Shown here one piece after another: positions 58,098 through 64,000 of a stretch of DNA of 64,000 bases. Source of the stretch: Octopus sinensis (Eukaryota). The stretch's first letter is position 1. Each line of letters starts with the position of its first letter. The notes under the pieces were generated by a model, which did no database searches, was not told the DNA's origin, and was given only the letters and a program-made list of their open reading frames with translations. The translations under genes and the position numbers were made by a program. The DNA lies in assembly GCF_006345805.1 (NCBI RefSeq), contig NC_043004.1:57350001-57414000 (forward strand), read 5' to 3'.

Positions 58098-58693
58098 TCT
58101 CTCTCACACACACACACACCTATATATATATATATGTGTATAGCGTGTGCGTCTTTTAGTCTCTGCTTTTTCCCATACTACCACTTGACGGCCGGTGTTG
58201 GAATGTTTAGGTATCTTAATCTAGCGGTTGACAAACGAGACCGATGGAATAAGTACTGATCTTTGAATAAAGAGTCCTGGAGTCGATTTCTAAAACCTTC
58301 CAAGGTGGTGCCCCTTTTATCAATTTATCACTAACCAGTACACTTTCTCTCTCTTCATTTCATTATTATCTCTTTTCCTCGCTCTCCCTTTTTCCTTTTT
58401 TTGTCTTTTCTTTCTATATTTTTTCTCTCTTCCTGTTTTTGATTTGACCTTACAAAAACCTTCCCAACTTTTAAATCACTTTAAACAAAACCCTCGAATC
58501 AATAACACCGTTTACAAACTCTATGCATGGAATCACCAATGCTAAATACTATTGGACATTACTCACAAGGTACATGAATCTTGTATATATACTATTCTGC
58601 CTAAATAGTGAACTACAGATACACTATCCCTGTATGTCTCACGTCTATTTTCCAAAATTATGACTCCTTCTTTTTTCTCAATACATATATACA

Positions 58694-58769
<76 letters not shown>

Positions 58770-58994
58770 ATATAAGAAATATTGAATTTCTAAATCTCTC
58801 GTAGAGACATGTACGGTGGTGGGGCGATAGAATGGTTGTATACTGTCAATCTAACAAGAACGTGACAGTAGTGGGTACACCACCGCTGTATAGCCCTAGG
58901 AAGCATCGAACGCCTCCTGATGTCTTTGACACATTTTTCCCTGGGTCTTTATATACATATACGAAGGGGAGACAAACACCCCCGGCTGCCGGAA

Positions 58995-59049
58995 CTACAT
59001 CTAAGGACACCGTGTTTCAGGATCGTTGTCCTTCATCGGTCTAGAGTAG
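58995..59049 (-). ncRNA. Type I hammerhead ribozyme, copy 1
   Basis: cuac-ucuaga CCGAUGA AGGA-caacga-UCCU GAAA CAC G GUG UC cuuaga-u-guag; stem I has an A-C mismatch next to the core. Confidence 0.75.
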
Positions 59050-59404
59050 CAGACACCGGTCAGCTGGTGATATTTGCCTCGACTTCGTAATTGTATATAT
59101 CTATATTTAGTGAAGTCTATTCACTGATTATCAAAATAAGAAATATTGAATTTCTAAATCTCTCGTAGAGACATGTACGGTGGTGGGGCGATAGAATGGT
59201 TGTATACTGTCAATCTAACATGAACGTGACAGTAGGGGATACACCACCGCTGTATAGCCCTAGGAAGCATCGAACGCCTCCTGATGGCTTTGACACATTT
59301 TTCCCTGTGTCCTTATATACATATAATCAGTGAATAGACTTCACTGAATATAGATATATACAATTACGAAGTCGAGGAAAATATCACCAGCTGACCGGTG
59401 TCTG

Positions 59405-59459
59405 CTACTCTAGGCCGATGAAGGACAACGATCCTGAAACACGGTGTCCCTAGATGTAG
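59405..59459 (+). ncRNA. Type I hammerhead ribozyme, copy 2, stems intact
   Basis: CUAC-UCUAGG (59405-14), CCGAUGA (59415-21), AGGA/UCCU stem II, GAAA (59436-39), ACAC-G-GUGU stem III, GUC cleavage triplet (59446-48), CCUAGA-U-GUAG (59449-59). Confidence 0.85.
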
Positions 59460-60278
59460 TTGCGGCAGCCGGGGGTGTTTGTTTCCCCTTCGTATATGTA
59501 TATAAGGACACAGGGAAAAATGTGTCAAAGCCATCAGGAGGCGTTCGATGCTTCCTAGGGCTATACAGTGGTGGTGTACCCCCTACTGTCACGTTCTTGT
59601 TAGATTGACAGTATACAACCATTCTATATATATATAAGATAGATAGATAAATAGATAGATATATATATAGATATATGCATATATACACGTATACACACAC
59701 ACAAACAGTTTTATCATATCTACTTACTTATTAAGACCATTAAGCGTCTTTCCAAACAACATACGTCAAGATGTGTTTATGATAGACTACCTATCTCCAA
59801 CACTCATTCCTTGACCATTCACCTTTGTTTTACTCAAGCATCTACATATCTTCCACTCTAAAACATTCCTCCACTACACTAAACCAAAACAGTCAAACAC
59901 TAACTTAAATGAACAAGTACCAACTACTTTCAGCTGTATACAACTAATGTTCCCGTTATACTTCGTTCCAAGCCACTTTATAACGCCCTCTGTTGCAATA
60001 ATCACGTTCGTGTGAGAATATTCAATCTAATAGATTTGGCAGCGCCAAAATTTCTATGATGTTCCCTGTCATTTGACACATCAAAAGCAAATCAATGTTC
60101 TACTTTTACGCTATGTCTGCATTATGTTGAAACTCTGAGACGTCGTATAGTTATATGAATACTGAGTACAAATCTATATAATTACTTCAGATGTATATGT
60201 ATAAATTGAGTATATCCATCAATCTAAATTCCTATATTACCCACGCCTCTTTTTGTCTCTCATTCCCTCTATTTATAC

Positions 60279-60328
<50 letters not shown>

Positions 60329-60510
60329 GCATAAATGTGTGTGCGCGTGCATATGTGTGTGCGTTCGTGTGTGCGCGTGCATATGTTTGTGCGTGCGAGT
60401 GTATGTATGTGTGTTGAAGTAAATGTATCAGTTATACGCAACTGAATCACTATTAAGATAGACACCAATGAGACATACTTTCCACACACACGCAAACAGA
60501 GACACAAACA

Positions 60511-60583
<73 letters not shown>

Positions 60584-60624
60584 TTGATAATTTCGACACT
60601 TAAATATCGATATTATCCTCATAT

Positions 60625-60668
<44 letters not shown>

Positions 60669-60673
60669 CATAT

Positions 60674-60854
60674 TAATAAACACAATGCATGCATTTATGT
60701 GCTACTCTTAGTTTCATGTATTGAGAGCATGCCACACAAGACTTTTAATACGTCTGGTGTCCTAGCCTAATCATCAGCGTTATAAACACTGTTTAGCATT
60801 CTCTCAGCACATGACACTAATAGTAGCACATAAATACATGTATTGTGTTTATTA
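60674..60854. mobile_element. Foldback MITE-like element (181 bp), possible TA TSD
   Basis: About 78-bp arms TAATAAACACAAT.CATG.ATTTATGTGCTACT.TTAGT.TCATGT..TGAGAG.ATGC versus the reverse complement, roughly 80 percent matching by eye. Confidence 0.75.
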
Positions 60855-61026
60855 GATAAAATTTATCTCTCACCATATGGAGTACTTTATATTTTGATTT
60901 GACAATCACGGAACAGTACACTCTATATACATAATGTATAGGTTACACATGTTTTGTTGTGAACAATACCAGTATCATAATTTACACACACATACACACA
61001 CATACATACACACACACACACATATA

Positions 61027-61062
<36 letters not shown>

Positions 61063-62385
61063 TGCATGTGTTCATATATGTATATACCTCGTTGACACAA
61101 CTAAGTATGGTATTGTCTAGAGATGACATCTCTTCCGGATATGTCATAAAGATGCTATCCACATCTTTACTGATGATGTGGATAGCATCTCCAACGTAAA
61201 TTTACCAAACCCTGCATCGATCGTCGCATGTAATTCAGGATACACGACTTTTCGTTGTCAGAATCACTGTAACTTTGAAGCTTTCTGAATATATATCTAT
61301 AGATGACCGTTTCTTGGTGCGAGAAATCTATGTTTGCAGCCATTTTCTTGTATGACCTGTTGCAGTAGAAATGTGCAACCTTTCTTTGTGTACATCCTTG
61401 GTCATGAGGCAGCGAATACTTTCTTAAGATTACCTTTCCAATTGTCATTCTGTTATCGGTGTCACGTATGTAGACTTGTAGAAGGGATATAATGTGACAT
61501 TCACATTGTGCTTAGATCGATGTCAGTCCTTGGCCGCCTTTCCATTTTTAGTAAAGCGATCTATATCACTATTCCTGGTTTGAACGTCAATAACCGTATC
61601 TCAAGCACTATGTGTGGGTATGATCACTTGCACAACAATGTGGTTTAGAAGTAGACAGGATGTTCCAAGGACTGAATTCTTTTTAATTTATATAAATATA
61701 TACTAGGGTTATAGAGGCTATTTATTACAGGTGCCATCATGAGGAATTTATTACAGGTGCCATCATGAGGATCATCTATTTCTAAGTAGATGTAATATTG
61801 CTCATCAGATATCAGAGTAACTGTCATGGCACATGCACACACAAATACAGACAACACATATATATATATATACATCTATATATACAAATTATCAAATGCA
61901 TATTTCCTGTATTCAGTTTTATCAATCATGTATTTCTTCAAGGGATTAATTACGAACCTGAATTCTTATTCTCCGTGACTTTATAAAAGAATTGCTTAGA
62001 TTTAAAGGTAAAATGATAAACACAAACTATTCAGTCGACTTTAAATTCGTGTGGTTAAACTATTAAAGAAACAAAATCATACAACAAAGACAATGTAATT
62101 CTCTTTTACTAAGTCATATGCGCGTGTTCTTGTGTGTATGTGTGTGCTTACGTTCATCTAGTAAGAGAGAGAGAGACAGACAGACAGACAGGATGTGTGT
62201 TTGGGGATGACTAAAGAAGAAAACAGATTTTTAACAGATAACACCAGTTTATTAACATATTGTCAATTTACATTTGCCTTCCCCTTTATGAGCAATCTAT
62301 ATCCTCACAATAACACAAACACAGGCACGCACATACATGCATACATACATACGGAGAGAGCGGGAAAGAGAGAGAAATATATATG

Positions 62386-62435
<50 letters not shown>

Positions 62436-62559
62436 AGAGAGATGTATTAGTGTGGTGATGGTAGTGGTTGTAGGAATAATAGTATTTATTGTAGTAGAAA
62501 AATTAGCAAAGAATTTGCATAAATATATATATACAACCCTACTCAATAATGTCCGCAAT

Positions 62560-63063
62560 ATTATTGACTACCATTTTCCATTAGACTCTGCACACAGTTA
62601 TAGTAATTTCCCCTCGTTACATAATGCACAACAAACACGCATAAAACTGCACTTGTATTAATTATGAAAAACCTTGGCTCTCTCCTGACGAATATTGCCA
62701 CAATTATATCTATAAATATTAGGTCTTTCCCTGATGAATCTGTCATTCTGATTTCTGTTGGCGAATCTGTATTCTATTCATTTTGATCATTTCCTCACAT
62801 ATATACTTTTTTTCGTTAATAACTGAACAAATAGGCTCCTCACCATAGGTCCTTAAACAAAACTGTGATGGCATTTGCTTTGATTGCCAGCGGGGAAAAA
62901 TGCAAATACATTATTCAGATTATATGGCATTATTGTAATCAACAGTAAGAGCATTACTTCATTATTCACAAATTTACTTCTGTTGAGTGCTTTTATTTTA
63001 AAGCTGATAATAGACATGTCGATTATTATTTTTTTTTATATATCCTGCGCATTATGTACTGCG

Positions 63064-63099
<36 letters not shown>

Positions 63100-63400
63100 C
63101 ATATATATTTTATGTTGTTGTCTAGCCTCAGGTCACCAAAAGGAATTAAGCCTTGAGCATCATCATCTTGTATCCAGATCTAGAAGCTATCATACACAGG
63201 TCTCCTACTCATATGGCAATATGTTGAGCTTTGAGAGCGACATAGTTTCTACTTCTGGCTGGTCGAGTAGGGACACCTTCCATTTCTGATGCTCTCATGA
63301 GTTTTCTTATACTATCGTTTGTAGAGTTGCTACAGTATACATTTTCCACAACTATAGAACTCTATTTTTAACAGTTATATTTAGATGTATCTCGTTTAAC
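62560..63400 (+). mobile_element. Possible very old CR1/L2-type LINE relic
   Basis: Faint motif order only (RSFPDESV, YADD-like; then a region resembling the post-RT EY..HIW segment). Confidence 0.3.
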
Positions 63401-64000
63401 CCAAAATACATTTTGGTCCGCTGTGAATAACTTTCGTTACAGTATAATTCATACTCTACGGAATCCATAGGTGCACAATGTCAAAAAGTACCTATGCTCG
63501 TCATCTTTCTTCCCTTTTTTTCTTCTATATTACTACTTCTGCATCCGTTTGTTTGCCTCTGTCACCTATTTGGTGGTATTCTCGCACCGTTATTACAAAA
63601 TGCTTACCTGTGTTTCACTTAATTCATGACAAGAAATAATTCATAACGTCATGTTCATTGACAAATTCATTTCTTTTTCGCCTTATGATAATAGATTGCA
63701 GAGGTTTTGGTCATACACATCGAAAGAATATTTCTCTTTTTGCTAACTTTCTCTTGTGTTTGATGTTTTGTTTATGAAATGCATGGCATCTAACTGTAAT
63801 GTGACCCCTGTTTCTACCATGAAATTTGTCTATAACAACTCGTCTCCACAACGCAACGTCCGTTTATAAGGCGGCATCTAACTTAATGAGTAATTTGAAG
63901 TCTTTGTTAGAGAAATTGTCCAACATTATGCCAAACAATTAATTGTCTGGAAACGAACTCCAGACAATTTTTTCCCTTACGTAAATATTATTGGTGGTGA

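Larger units (their letters stand above)
58773..59627. mobile_element. Hammerhead-bearing 364-bp retrozyme/PLE-pLTR-like repeat: full unit, partial tandem copy, inverted copy
   Basis: Unit 58773-59136; direct partial copy 59137-59325; inverted copy 59323-59627 matching 58827-59131; ATA microhomology at the inversion junction; (TA)n on both outer sides. Confidence 0.85.

Noticed and set aside
58832-59700. Duplicated ORFs MVVYCQSNKNVTV...RCPSS
   Set aside because: Chance frames antisense to the hammerhead in the 364-bp unit; the second ORF starts in a microsatellite and no motif is recognisable.

Overview
AT-rich, repeat-dense animal genomic DNA, most likely an Octopus species (inferred from the tRNA-derived SINE families and the very large (TA)n/(TACA)n loads; not confirmed by any search). 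I cannot confidently identify an intact host gene, and most supplied ORFs are microsatellite read-throughs. The window holds a decayed full-length DD34D mariner, a partial DD36E Tc1-like element, a non-autonomous Helitron, a 5'-truncated CR1-type LINE, several R4/Dong-type LINE relics, at least four modular SINE types, foldback MITEs, and a gag/ORF1-only element with a CCHC knuckle. The most interesting signal is non-coding. Up to eight hammerhead-ribozyme-like motifs occur in at least five short Penelope-like (PLE) or retrozyme-like repeat families. The best case is a 364-bp unit at 58773-59627 arranged as full copy, partial tandem copy and inverted copy, with one hammerhead on each strand and a CCGAUGA (U4C) core. 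Hammerheads in PLEs and retrozymes are known in animals; whether these particular families are described needs a database check.
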